Notes: generated by a model from the sequence alone, not told the origin. 64,000 nt of DNA from Eledone cirrhosa (GCA_964016885.1 OZ024749.1:43338001-43402000), one strand, 5' to 3'. Positions 16,166-30,847 are shown, counted from the first letter of the stretch. Numbers and translations are program-made.

Positions 16166-16262
<97 letters not shown>

Positions 16263-16370
16263 TATATATATATTTTTATATTGATATATATATATTTATA
16301 TTTATATATATATATATATATTATATATATATATATACATATATATTTATATATATATATATATATATAA

Positions 16371-16442
<72 letters not shown>

Positions 16443-16723
16443 ATATATATATATATATATACAAACATATATATATATATACGTGTGTGCGCACATACAT
16501 ACATGTATGTACATATATACGTATACATATATGTATATCTACACAGATGTATATATACTGCATATATCTTTATATAAACATATGTGTGTGTAGGTGTGCA
16601 TATGTATGTGTATATTGGATTGGCTTGATGTGTATAAGTGCGTGAGATACTTATTAACTACAGCAACGTCTCAGAGATTCAATTTGAAACAGAATGTCTC
16701 GTTTACATTCCAATCAAATGCAT

Positions 16724-16925
16724 GCCGTGAACTTGCAGTCATGAATTCGATTCCCAGAGCATGTGACGCACTATATCCTTCAGTATGACACTTCATTTTA
16801 CATTGCTGCAGTTCACTAGGTTGAAATTGAGGAGAATCCTACAGACTCAGACTAGTTTAACGCTATAAAACCGGGATAGTCACCAGGTTTCGTCTAAACT
16901 GCGCAAGCGTGGAAAAATGAATGTA
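16724..16925 (+). mobile_element. Degenerate CORE-like SINE relic
   Basis: B-box-like GAATTCGATTCCC, then TCCTTCAGTATGACACTTCATTTTACATTGCTGCAGTTCACT. Confidence 0.5.
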
Positions 16926-17197
16926 GACCAGTGAAGGTATATCGATATATATAAGTCTAGCCTCTTCTTCATTACCCCTTACATCCTTCACATAACCACT
17001 ACCACCACCACCACCATTTTTCTAATACTTTAATCATTTCCTCCGGTGCTCCCTAACAAAGAAATCATTTGGTTCTGGAAAATCCTAGTTAAGTGAATTC
17101 CATAATTCTGTAATTCCATAATTCTAGAATTCCACCTGTTCTGTCCACCATCAGTGGTACTAAAACTAAAGATTCCCGACTCATCCCACCTATTGTT

Positions 17198-17261
17198 CCT
17201 CCATTAAAATAAAAGTTTCCTCCATTGAAATAAGGGTTTCCGCCATTAAAATAAGGGTTTC
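17198..17261. repeat. 21-bp tandem repeat x3 (CCTCCATTAAAATAAGGGTTT)
   Basis: Direct reading. Confidence 0.85.
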
Positions 17262-17270
17262 TTATATGCT

Positions 17271-17721
17271 GTAACTCTATGCTGCCTGCAAAGCATGGCG
17301 TCCGACGCTCTACCGATACTGCCAATAATGTTTCTGTTTTAGGCACAAGACCAACAGTTGTTGGGGATGGGAAAGTCGATAAAATAGACCCAGTGCGTTT
17401 CTGGTACTTTATTTAATGAACCCTGTAGAGATGAAATTCAAAGCTAATCCCGGCGGGATTTGAACTCAGAACGTAAAGTGCAGTAACTCTCTGCCGTAAA
17501 GCATGGTGTCCGACGCTCCACCGATGCAGCCAATCCTCCAACAAATAATAATTGTTTCTACTATAGGCACAAGGCCAGCAATTTTGGGGCAGGGGAAAGT
17601 TGATTCAATCGACCCCATTGGTACTTTATTTTATCGACCCCGTAAGGATGAAAAGCAAAGCGTAGTTCGGCGAGATTTGAAATAAGAACGTAAATGGTAC
17701 TAACTCTATGCCGCGCAGCAT
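17271..17721 (-). mobile_element. Head-to-tail cluster of three SINE A copies (17271-17326, 17327-17539, 17549-17721)
   Basis: Three consecutive matches to family A; the latter two are long form. Confidence 0.85.
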
Positions 17722-18077
17722 AATAATAACAATATTTCTCCTATTTATTCGCCTTTCACAACGCTTTTTTCCCTTTTTTTTTTTTTACTATCATTCTCCA
17801 TCTGCTGTCTTCGATCTCTTCCACACCCCACATTCGCAAGGGTTTCTTTTCAGCTCCCCCCCCCCTAAACTAGCTATTAGGCCCTACCACCCACCGCTCC
17901 TATATCTATATTTTGTATTGTCAATACTTCTCTATAGCTGTGGCATTGTCAGATGATAGATAAAAACCCACGTGTTGCTGCAGGGGGGGGGGTATATTTC
18001 ACAGAACATTCTTATTACTATATTACCACAGATGATTCCACCTTGGTATTCTTTCTGTTCATACCCAACCCACCTAC

Positions 18078-18470
18078 AATCACCATCACCACAACCACTA
18101 CTACCATCACCACCACCACCATCACCACCACCACCACCACCACCACCACCACTCTCACTGCCACCACTATCGCCACTACCACCACCATCACCACCACCAC
18201 CCCCGTCACCACCACCACCACCACCACTACCACCTTCCATCACCAACACCACCACCCTCATTACCGCTACCCTCACCACCATTAGCACTACCATTACCAC
18301 CATCACCATCCTCACTACCACTACCACCACCACCACCACCACCATCATTACTTAAGCATTTTTCTTTCTTACTTTCGATCTGTCCTCCTTCGATTTTTCA
18401 CTCTTTCTCTCACTTTTTTAGTCTTTTATCATCATTATCATTACCACTACAACTTCTACTACTACAACTT

Positions 18471-18525
<55 letters not shown>

Positions 18526-18535
18526 CACCACCACA

Positions 18536-18579
<44 letters not shown>

Positions 18580-19545
18580 CGTTACTACTACTACTACTAC
18601 TACTACTACTACCATTACTACTACTACTACCACCACCATCACTACTAATACTACCACTACTACTACTACTACTATTACTACTACTACTACTACTACTACT
18701 ACTGATGTTGATGCTGTTCCGGTTATTTTCATTATTAATAATAATAATTGTTGCTATTGTTATTAGTATTATAACCACTATAACTTGTACTACAACAACT
18801 ACCACCACCACCACCACTACTATCACGGTTGTTGTTATTGTTGTTGTTATTATTATTATTGCTATATGTCTTTGAAAATGTGCTTTGTATAATTTCTTCA
18901 TGTTCTCGCCACCATCACCACCACCGACGCCACCATCACCACCACCGACGCCACCATCACCACCACCGACACCACCATCACCACCACCGACCAACATCAT
19001 CATGGACACCAGCAGCATCACCAACATCACCACCGCCATCACCACCACCATCCACCACCAATATCACCTCCACCACCACCACCACCACCACCAATACCAC
19101 TATCACCACCACCAGTACCACCACCACCACCACCACCATCACCCCCACCACCGCTACCACCATCATAACCACCGCCACCACCACCACCACCACCACTACC
19201 ACCACCATCATAACCCCCGCCATCACCACCACCAACATCCACCACCAATATCACCACCACCACCACCACTACCACCACCAATATCACCACCACCACCACC
19301 ACTACCACCACCAATACCACCATCACCACCGCCATCACCACCACCACCATCACCCCCACCACCACCTATACCACCACCGCCACCACCACCACTACCACCA
19401 CCACTACCACCACCATCATCACCACCACCGCCATCACCACCACCACGACCACCATCACCCCCACCACCACCACCACCGCCACCACCACCACTACCACCAC
19501 CACTACCACCCCCATCATCACCCCACCCCCACCCCCACCACCACC
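18078..19545. repeat. Large imperfect (ACC)n/(ACT)n trinucleotide region
   Basis: Direct reading; source of the poly-P/H/T/V/G ORFs. Confidence 0.9.
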
Positions 19546-21236
19546 TCGTTCACAGAGAAAACCCCATCGTGTGATATATCATTTATACATATATATTCAT
19601 TCTTCAATCTTTCATTATCACTTTTTCTCTATTCTGTCTATTCATAATTTCTTTCAATAGTATTGCTTTTATTGTGTTTCAATTTTTCATATTCCTTTTC
19701 TCTCCTGACTTCTTTCTTCTTATTCTATATATTCTTTCTTTTGATTTCGTTTTCTTTATTCTATTTAGCTTTTTTTTCTTTCATTTCTTCTTTTGTTTGT
19801 TTTGTTTTTTTTCTTTCATTTCTTTTTTTTTTTATTTGCTTTGTTTGTCTTTTTCTTGAATCTATCTCCGCTGTTTTATGAACGAACTAGCTATAGCAGA
19901 CCACAAAATAATAAGCACTTTCGTTGGTACTAAGTTTCTTGCATGAACACCTAATAATTGGTTTCAGTGTGGAGTTTTCAGAACATCATTATCCATTAGA
20001 AGAGAAAACACTGCACTAACACCACCACCATCAACACCAAACCACTACCACCATCATACCAACACCAACACTACCACCACCACCATCGTATTTCCAACAG
20101 CATCAGCCAACTGTACAGAACAGTACTCGCTCCACCTTCAAGCAATTTATACTATAAGAAGTACGAAAGAAACATAAAAGATGCATGAATATTTCTGAGG
20201 CAATTGCATTGCATTGCATTGCATTGCATTGCAGTGCAGTGCAGTGCATTTCGTTGCAATGAGCTGTATTACGATAAAACTTTTTTATTCTTGCAACTAA
20301 AAGTTCATTGATGTAAGAATAACAAAGATAAATAAATGAATCTAAATCAACAATATGTGCAATATTATTGCACATATTTTTACCTGGCTTCTACCTCAAC
20401 CAATAAAAATCAATAACTGACCTAGAATTTCAAAATTCCTTCTGAAGATATTATTTTTTTTGTTGTTGTTTGTTTCTCATACGTTACGACACGAACTGCT
20501 CCCACCCCCCACACACCCACCAAAATATCTCGAACAAGAGGAGGCATTTTACATGTAACAATAAGCGTTTAGAATACACACACAAGTTGCATTTAGAATG
20601 ACCTCATTCCTTTGAAGATATATTTAAATGCTAATGTTAAAATCAGTAATTTAGTTAAAGGAGGAGTTTGTATTTGATAAATTATATTTACGGTAAATTT
20701 GAGTTTAAAAAATATTTAACAAAAAACAATGAACAAAATATGAATTCCATAATTTTAAACACTTGCGTAGAAACAAAATAACCGGGATGAAATATTATGG
20801 GGTATCTAGTTCATTGGAGACCGTAAAAGTCATGAATGACGCTATGCTAGGATGTTGCAACGGATAAATACACCTATATCGTAAAACTCATGCACTAAAA
20901 TATCTCCACGCTAACAGTTTAATGAAGGAGGAAAGGACAGTACACAGAACCTTTAATTGATTTTGTGTTTGTTTTCAGTGTATCAGAAATTGGTGGGAGG
21001 GAGAATGTTATCATAAAACCATAGATTTGACACGAAAGCTTACAACAGAATGAACCTCCGACAAAAGAACTCGAACCCAAAACCAGGCGGTTGTTTTAAA
21101 CCTCTCGTCTACAAACCAGTTCTCTCCATCCTCGTTCCTTCATAATGATAATTGAGTTGATAAGATATTGCAGTTACAGTCAATAGGCATCAATACTACT
21201 ACCATTTCCTTATAAAATAGGGTCTTTCTCTATATA

Positions 21237-21418
21237 TAGAGTAGAAGTAGAGGATCGACTGCGAGCTTGGTGGTTTCGTCTAGTTACCTCTTCGGAAAAC
21301 CACCGATCTCCGTGTAGATCTTCTACTCCCACTGATATACCCACTCAACATTTGATCATGTATCGAGTACGTCTTATATTTGTGGCCTTTCCGGTATCAG
21401 TACCGCAGACTATCAACA
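21237..21418 (+). mobile_element. Family F: degenerate TA-flanked fold-back element
   Basis: Arms at 21239-21277 and 21295-21328 (GAAA-CCACC...GATC...TTCTACTC). Tail contains TACCCACTC...GTATCGAGTAC as in family B. Confidence 0.6.
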
Positions 21419-21706
21419 TATATATATATATATATACATATATATATTTATACCTGTCCTGGGTACAGGACAGGTAAGCAGCGGTTATCTGTGTAATACT
21501 AATCTACGCGTTTTGCTAACTATCGATTCGCTAATATCTACCAATACATACTGCTGTAATATATAGGAGACATTCGATTTTATTTATCGACTAACTATGC
21601 TGGCCTAAACAGCTGCATGTAGCTCTAAATGCTTGAGATATTAGTATAACTGTGATGTAATCTATAAGTAGCGTCTTTACATAGGTTATATGGGGGGGGG
21701 GGGGGT

Positions 21707-21756
21707 AGAAGAAGAAGAAGAAGAAGAAGAAGAAGAAGAAGAAGAAGAAGAAGAAG
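21707..21756. repeat. (AAG)n preceded by poly-G
   Basis: Direct reading. Confidence 0.9.
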
Positions 21757-21810
21757 ACAATAAAATACAACATGAAATATTCACTGATAACAATATATAA
21801 AGTAGATAGA

Positions 21811-21950
21811 AAGCCAGAAATGTCTAGGGTGGAGGTTATCGATTTAATCGATCCGAGTAGTTGATAAGTATTTCATTTTATCGAACACTCCAGACGGGTG
21901 AAGAACAAATTTAACTTCGGTGTGATTTAAACGCAACAGATAAACAGCCA
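21811..21950 (-). mobile_element. Highly degenerate SINE A relic
   Basis: TCGATTTAATCGA...TTTTATCGA...TTAACTTCGG. Confidence 0.45.
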
Positions 21951-22224
21951 TAATAAACCACCCAAGTCACCTTTACAGCCGCTCAAATGATTCTGCGACG
22001 CATAAGTGAAACGGAGTATTTCTCCCCAGCAGTAATTTACTGTCTAATATGATGTCATATTTGATCCAGTAGAACTCTGGTTAATAACGTTTGATCCACG
22101 TCTCATCTATCTTGTATTTAGACATTCTCTATAGCGGATTACATGCTATATTGTATCCCTGCTTTGTTTTTCTTGTTTTATGCTGTTTCTCTTAATTTTT
22201 TATTATTATTAAAGGTGATACTAG

Positions 22225-22439
22225 GGAGGTGGATTGGCAGTATCGGTAGGGTGTCGGACAACACGCTTTGCAGCATAGAGTTACGGTCCTTTACGTTCTG
22301 CGTTCAAATCCCGCCGATGTTAGCTTTGCCTTTCATCCTTACGGGGGTCGATAAAATAAAGCACCAGTAATGCACTGGGTCGATTTAATCGACTTTCCCT
22401 TCCCCCAAAATTGCTGGCCTTATGCCTTTAGTAGAAATC
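22225..22439 (+). mobile_element. SINE family A, full long form with TSD
   Basis: A box TGGCAGTATCGG, B box GTTCAAATCC, extra 28 bp at 22381-22408, TSD ATTATTAAAGGTGATA (22205-22220 and 22440-22455). Confidence 0.9.
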
Positions 22440-22462
22440 ATTATTAAAGGTGATAATAGGAT

Positions 22463-22591
22463 GGTTGTCGATTAGCAGTATTGGTAGAGCATCGTTATGA
22501 GTTCAAATCATGGCGAGGTTAACTTTACCTTTTATTCTTACAGGGTCGATAAAATAAAAGTACCAGTAATACACTGAGGACAATTTAATCG
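22463..22591 (+). mobile_element. SINE A, internally deleted older copy
   Basis: GATTAGCAGTATTGGTAGAG..GAGTTCAAATC..GGGTCGATAAAATAAAAGTACCAG. Confidence 0.75.
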
Positions 22592-24005
22592 CGTTACATT
22601 ATATTTTGAAGAGCAGAAAACATTGTCGAAGCGTATTGTTGTCTAATGTTAAAAAATAAACTCCTTGAACACATCCCTATATCTATGTAGGGTCGGCTAA
22701 ACCGTTCATAGGCTGACTATGAAAGAGTGATGCGAGACTGTGAAATCTTACATGCATTAATTTCAACTTCTCTTATTAATAAACTGCATTGTTTTATTCT
22801 ATGGAAAAATAAACCTCTGTTGACCATTCCATGAAAGTATCTTGGTCAACCTATGAAATTTTCAGACGACCCTCATATGTATGCACTCTATGGAAATTAT
22901 ATATATCAAATTAGTATAAAATACGTTTACTTTAAATGTATATGTTATAACTTAATTAGAAAAGGAACAACACAATATATAACTACTCCATTACCAAAGG
23001 TTTCGGGATCCTAGACAATATTAATATACGTCTAGATCGTTCATCGGACAGAGATGTTAATTATGATATAACTTATGTAAAATTGTGTAAAGAGAACGTG
23101 TAATCATAAAACATAATGTTGGTATATTCAATCGTACAATAAGGTAAATTTCCAATCGATTTTATTTCATAAACTCTATTTTTCAATCTGCTTAGTTGTT
23201 AAATAACAAGCACATATTTTATACAGGCTACAGCAAAACATATTTTCGTGGTTCTATTTCAGACGGAAGCGGGTTAATGCATGACCTGCTGTGAATACTA
23301 TAGAAATGAATGAGGTTATTTCACAAAAGTACATCAGAACTTCATTGGTTAATGGCGGTACAGGAACTTTTAAAAGAGAGCTTCAAATTTGTGATTGAAA
23401 CAAAGACAAATGATTATGGCATTTTCGTTAAAACTGCCAAATATTTTAGGGGAATAATCTAAGTAAGTACGTGAGAGAAAAAACAACATGTTTTGCTGGC
23501 ATAAACTTGCTGTTAAAGCTTCAACTTCAACCAGCATAATAACATAGGTTCATACCACTTAACTCTCTAAAATATTGCATGCTGAGAAATGTCGTTATGT
23601 GGAAAACTGTTTTGTGAATGTCAGAAAGGTGATATACGTTTTGTAGAACAGCAAACTAAACATTATTGTATTGTATCATCGGAGAATTCTAATCGCAAAG
23701 GATGGAATAATACTGTAGTAAAAGGATTAAATTCTTAGAAGAACCGATTCATAGCGGTGGAATCGATGATGACCAATACCAATTGTTGGATTTGTTTCCT
23801 ATATTTATGTAAATTAATCAGATATATTCTTCGTATTTGATACTTTATCAAATATATTAACTGAGTTATAAACACACACACACATGAAAACACAGAGACA
23901 TGTTATTCTCCTGTAGATTCTAAAATGTGTGTAAGCTTGTTTAATATATTTCGACGTAGGAGCAATATAAGCCGACCTGTTAATCAGCATTTATATACTT
24001 AATTG

Positions 24006-24227
24006 CTCCCAATCGTGAGGTTGTGAATGGAGTATCATTGTGTCCTTTACCAAGACACTTTATTTCACTTTATTGCTACAGCATGGGTTGTGATGCTACT
24101 GCTGCCAAGCTATATGGGTATTAGCCTTTCCTTTGGACAACATCGTTGGCGTGGAGAGAAGAGAGGAGAGTCGAGTAATCATGGATAACTGTTGGTCCCC
24201 GACACAAAACCCTTGGTCGGGCTTGTT
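24006..24227 (+). mobile_element. Degenerate CORE-like SINE
   Basis: GTGTCCTTTACCAAGACACTTTATTTCAC; shares CATCGTTGGCGTGGAGAG with 35674-35905. Confidence 0.65.
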
Positions 24228-24898
24228 ATTTTTCACTTTCTTTTATTCAAATAGAACCAATTGTTTTCTATAATAAACACTTATCGACTTTCCCTTGTTT
24301 TTAACAAACAGAAATCACAATATATTTATTTTAAACGAGAGAATAAGATTTTATGACATTTTAAGTTTTCCCAAGTCATTTTGTTGCATAACTATTTTGT
24401 TGCATAACTAAGATTGATTTCAGCCGAAAATTGGGAGCCGATTGTAATCTAGATTCTGTGTGAAGTTTTTTCCCCATTATTCTTCGGTGTTTGTTGCCGT
24501 GAAGGAAATAATTATTAAGCGTTCTTTAATAGCTATTAGGCCACATAACTGAATATTTAGAAGTTGCCAAAGTGGCAGTAACCGTAGAGTGCCAGACTAA
24601 ACATATTATTGTATTTAATTTCCTTCAATTACTTTCTGAATTCACAAGTCAGGTGAAATATAAATGGAACAATAACATTTACTGCACCGGTGTTACACAT
24701 AAAACTTATCCAGTTATTAACGCCCTGGGGTGAAGTGGTATCTTGTCTTTAAAGCGTAGAAATATCCTAGACCCGCAGTAGACAACTGATGAGGACCCCC
24801 CCCCCCCCCCTGTTCTTGCTTTCTTCGTATTCCCACTGCATTTTAAGTTACCTTAAATAGCAACTACACAGCCATTTCTATTCTCCATATATTTCATC

Positions 24899-24930
<32 letters not shown>

Positions 24931-25726
24931 ATATGTATGTAAGTATGTATGTTCAGACATGATGTGATATCAAACTAGTGTAATGGGAAATCACGTTTAT
25001 TGACACCATACATATATAGCCACATATATGTACATACACACGTACACTGGGAATCAAGTATTAATTTATCATCTTGTACATATTTTGTGCGCCTGTGACG
25101 CGCGTCTCGTTGTAGAACAACTCGAGGTACGAATTCGGCCTGACTTTGAATCGATACCTCATCTACGTAGAGGCGTTCAGTGTTTAAACCCGAGAACTAA
25201 CAGTCAAACAAGAATATCAAACTGCTACAGAATTTTACATCTCTCTCTTTATATATATATATATATATATATATAACGGCGATGAATTAGTTTTGCGAGG
25301 TTTTTTATATGAAATCGTGTGTCGAAACAAATATTGTTATACTTGGGAGGGACATATTAATAAATAAAGAAGGCGTAGACATACAATGCAACGGGAGGAA
25401 ACAATAGCACCACTGACGATGTTGCAGATGTGCAACGAAAGAACTTTGATAGACTATATATATGTGTTTGTGTCTATATTGTATCTGTATTTTTGACCGT
25501 TGGTCAGTCAATGGTAACATTGAGGACCGAATAAATTAAATTAACCGATATAACAGACACAGAAGCGAAAACCAACCAAACAGTGAGTGTGTTCTGTTAT
25601 TAATTCTGGCAATATTACACAAATATGACCCTCCCCATATATATATATATATATACATATATATGACCTATTTATCTATCTATCTATCAATCTAGCTCTT
25701 AATCTCTCCTCCTCCCCTCTCTCTCA

Positions 25727-25766
25727 CTCAAGCCGTTTCGGCGGCTTGAGCTCTGCCGTCAAGGTC
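25727..25766. mobile_element. Collapsed family B fragment (hairpin CTCAAGCCG-TTTCGG-CGGCTTGAG)
   Basis: Matches the family B arm core. Confidence 0.6.
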
Positions 25767-26106
25767 AAACATTTTCATATATATATATAAATATATATTT
25801 ATTTATTTATTTGCTATCCTGTTGCTTTCTTATTGTTAATGTTATAGATCAGATTACAATTATCGTGTTACGGTTTTTGCTTTATGTCATCATAATGGAT
25901 ATGTCATTCTAGAAGTAGACTTTCGTTGAAATCTGTCTTTCATTATGCAGTATATAGTCAGTCGAAGGAGAAGACAACTTTTTAGATATTATAATATTTT
26001 TTTCCGCCATAAGTACATAAGTACATCTTAAATGAACGTGTGACAAGATAACTATAGGCTGCTTGTATAGCAGAATGCAATATTTCTCTTAGAGTGTCTA
26101 CAGTAG

Positions 26107-26177
26107 TATTCAAAGTACTATATATATATATGTATATATATATTTATTTATATTTACATTATATATATATATTATAT

Positions 26178-26209
<32 letters not shown>

Positions 26210-26236
26210 ATATTATATATATATATTATATATATA

Positions 26237-26297
<61 letters not shown>

Positions 26298-26339
26298 TAT
26301 ATATTATAGAATTTATATATATATTATATACATATATAT

Positions 26340-26371
<32 letters not shown>

Positions 26372-26498
26372 TATATATAATATTTATTATATATACGATA
26401 TCTACATATAAGTTATATAATATATATATATATATATATATACATATGTACATATTAAATCGCGAGATATAGAAACGTAGAAGCAGCAGCAGCAGCAA

Positions 26499-26575
<77 letters not shown>

Positions 26576-26808
26576 AGGAGAATAAATTGAGTCGTGTAAA
26601 CGAAAGAAATAAATTATAAAAGATATGAATGAAATATATGGCGGAATATAGAAATCCATAAGTTTTCATAAACTTATGTCCCCTTTAATAGCGAAAAATA
26701 TCACAAATTATATACACAATAAACAGAAGTAAAATCTAATCATACATATATTTTTATTCTAGAGAAACATACATATTCTCTCTCTGTCACTTATATATAT
26801 ATATATGC

Positions 26809-26884
<76 letters not shown>

Positions 26885-27031
26885 TATATATATATATATA
26901 AATATATATATATATACACATATATATATATATACACATATACATATATATACATAAATATGCACAGATATACATACACACCCACACACACAGACACACA
27001 CATGCACACAGTTACAAATATATACATATAC

Positions 27032-27062
<31 letters not shown>

Positions 27063-27119
27063 TATACATATATACATATATATACATATATATACATATA
27101 TATATAAATACATATACAT

Positions 27120-27201
<82 letters not shown>

Positions 27202-27229
27202 GTACACACACATACATATACATATATAC

Positions 27230-27270
<41 letters not shown>

Positions 27271-27273
27271 CAT

Positions 27274-27333
<60 letters not shown>

Positions 27334-27345
27334 ATACATACATGT
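26107..27345. repeat. TA/CA compound arrays with (TAG)n at 26501-26575
   Basis: Direct reading. Confidence 0.85.
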
Positions 27346-27838
27346 ATATAAGTAAATAAAATACTTATGTTCCCCTATGTAGAATATCCAATAACTAAGT
27401 TACGAACTGTTTCCAGTATATTTTTCTACGTATTCAATTTTTTCTTTAAAATACTTGTGAGTTACGGTGAGACGCCATATTGTATTGCTTTTTCTATATA
27501 CATTGTCTCATATCTCACATTTACTTCGTATCAATTTCTCTTTTCTTTTCTATATTATATTTTCAATGTAATGGCAATATGAAGTTCAATATTTTATTTT
27601 GGAAATGTTTATGTATTTGTTTTTTCTTCCTTTACCTATAATTCTTCATTTATATTCGATATATCTATATCTTTTCCCACCATTTTCAAGCAATTAATTA
27701 TCTATTTACACGTCGGTTTTGTTTTCTTTTTTCTCCATCTTTTTGTGGTGATTCGGCAATTTTTGATATTCCTGCTGAGAATCTGTTCCTCTTTTATTAG
27801 ATGCGGTTGTAAGTAAGTACATTTTTGTTCTCTTTTCA

Positions 27839-27901
<63 letters not shown>

Positions 27902-28182
27902 TATATATACACACCCGTATATATAGAAACATGCACACAGATACATATATAAAAATACACACCCACATATATATATACATACACACACACATATATATAT
28001 ACACATACACTCATATATATATATATATATATACATACACAAACACACATACATATATACATACACGCACACACATATATATACATACACACACATATAT
28101 ATATAGACACGCATACACACACATATATATATATACACACGCATACGCACACACATATATATACACACGCATACACACACGC

Positions 28183-28240
<58 letters not shown>

Positions 28241-28295
28241 AATAAATGAAACAATCTACAAAACAAACAGGAATGCAACAGTCTCACATACACAT

Positions 28296-28360
<65 letters not shown>

Positions 28361-28617
28361 AGTTGTTGTATATATATGACTTATATCTTGGTGACAGTTG
28401 GAGGTTATATTCATATTCTTGTTATTCTCATGGTGAATAGCAATTTGTTAGAAGTAAAATCTCGCAACGTCTGCAAGTAAAATGTGCGCAGAATACCCAC
28501 TAATACGCATTTGATTTTCCACCAATCAATACACCTCTCTCTACGTTACCATTTCCCCCTCTGACTTTATCTATCTATGTATCTCACCCTCTCTATCTCT
28601 CTCACTCTCTCTCTCTC

Positions 28618-28654
<37 letters not shown>

Positions 28655-28710
28655 GTGTGTGTCTGTGTGTATATATATATTTATGTATATATATATATAT
28701 ATGTATGTGA

Positions 28711-28763
<53 letters not shown>

Positions 28764-28771
28764 TATATACA

Positions 28772-28836
<65 letters not shown>

Positions 28837-28988
28837 ATATATATATATTTACATATATATATATATAAATATATATATATGTATATATATGGGGGTGAAT
28901 GAAGAAAGAGAGATAGAGAAATCGAATAGAAGGTTTGGAAGTATCACATTAGATGATTCTGGCAAATGCGCATCTAAACGTAGGTTAT

Positions 28989-29264
<276 letters not shown>

Positions 29265-29344
29265 GAAGTAGGATGTTTTGAAACTTTAGTTATATCGTTT
29301 CCTTCAACTTTATTATTTGCTAGAATACTAGACATCTTTATCAT

Positions 29345-29705
29345 TTTCATCATCAGCACTACCATCATCATCATCATCACACACCATCATCACCATCATC
29401 ACTATCACTATCATTATTATCATCATCATCGTTGTCGTCGTCGTCGTCGTGGTCGTCGTCATCACCATCATCATCAGCAGCAGCATCCTCATCATCACCA
29501 TTACCATCACCATCATCATCATCATCATCATCATTACCATAATCATCATCATCATGTTACCTATCATTAAAGTCGTCACCATCATCATCGTCAACATCAC
29601 CACAAGCACCACTATCCTCATCACCACCACCACCACCATACCACCACCACCGCCACCATCACCATCATCATCACCACCACCACCACCACTGCCTTAATCA
29701 TCATC
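29345..29705. repeat. Imperfect (ATC)n/(ACC)n
   Basis: Direct reading. Confidence 0.9.
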
Positions 29706-30255
29706 ATATCAACGGCAACATTTACAATCATCAATGTCATCTTAGTCGCCATTTTCTTAACCATCGTCATTAAATTACGTTTCTTCGTCTCCTCATTGTA
29801 GAGAAGTGATATAACAATTTATAGTTTAATTACAGATGTAACACTATATTGGGTGTCGTTTTGGTGTTATTACTGCCACTTAAATCCACTTTGTTGTCAA
29901 ATCCTAAAGCCATCTTAAAGATTGACAACATAAAAGCATAACCAATTATAAATATTATAAACAAAACTATCTCAAGACCAAAAATAAAACATTTAAATAT
30001 ACAATAAAAACCAATTAAGATAATGAAGTGATTTATTAAATTCCGTTATGAATGTGATGTTTAGAAAACGTTTTAGATTTGGGGTAATTTATTTTTTATT
30101 TTTGTTTTTGTCATTCATGTTCACCTTGTCTTGCTTTTAGCAAAATTAAGTCAACGATACTAGCAACAACAATAACAACTACTACACTAACTTAACTAAT
30201 AATCAATGTAAATACTCTGGAGATCGGACTTTGAAGCACAGAGAATATAGAATTT

Positions 30256-30536
30256 ATGTAAAGGATGCTGTTCTCATGCAAACATATGCTATAGAATAGC
30301 TTATAAAATTAGGCTTAAGACCCTTAAAGAACGGGAAAATGAAGTTGCCATCGGCAGTTATAAGGAATTGAACCTCATATCGCCGTAGTCAGAAAAGAAG
30401 TTGTCATTGGCCGCCATGAGGAATGGAATCTTATAGCGACCGATGGCAACTTCTTCTTTCGTCTTTTAAGGGTTTTCACCCTATTTTATAAGATATTTCA
30501 TAGTATCTCATCGCATGACCACATCACCCTTTACAT
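30256..30536. mobile_element. Fold-back/MITE-like element with ~120-bp imperfect TIRs
   Basis: Arms 30256-30378 and 30416-30536: ATGTAAAGG/CCTTTACAT, TTATAAAAT/ATTTTATAA, ACCCTTAAA/TTTAAGGGT, GAAGTTGCCATCGG/CCGATGGCAACTTC. Confidence 0.7.
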
Positions 30537-30602
30537 TAGATGATAATATTTTATTGATACATCTAAAAGGTACAAACTGTCTTGGAAGAAATTCCAAAAA
30601 AC

Positions 30603-30847
30603 TCAGACGAATGTTCAACAAAATCTACAGTGGTTCACCAACATATCTAGTTCATATTTCACGATAGATCAGATTTGAACCTCGTATCAGTAGATTGAGA
30701 ATCAGTTGTATATCAAAGTATCAGATGGATATTCAACAAAATCCACTGTTATTCACCAACGTATCCAGGTCATATTTCACCATAGATCAGATTTGAATCT
30801 CCTATCACTAGCGTCAGTAGATTGGGAATTAGTTGTATAATAAAGTA
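30603..30847. repeat. Tandem duplication of a ~118-127 bp unit
   Basis: TCAGA..TTCAACAAAATC..TTCACCAAC..CATATTTCAC.ATAGATCAGATTTGAA occurs twice. Confidence 0.85.

Noticed and set aside
18829-19647. Pro/His/Thr-rich ORFs resembling formin, extensin or mucin
   Set aside because: Pure imperfect (ACC)n that is open in several frames on both strands, with no flanking domain or splice support.
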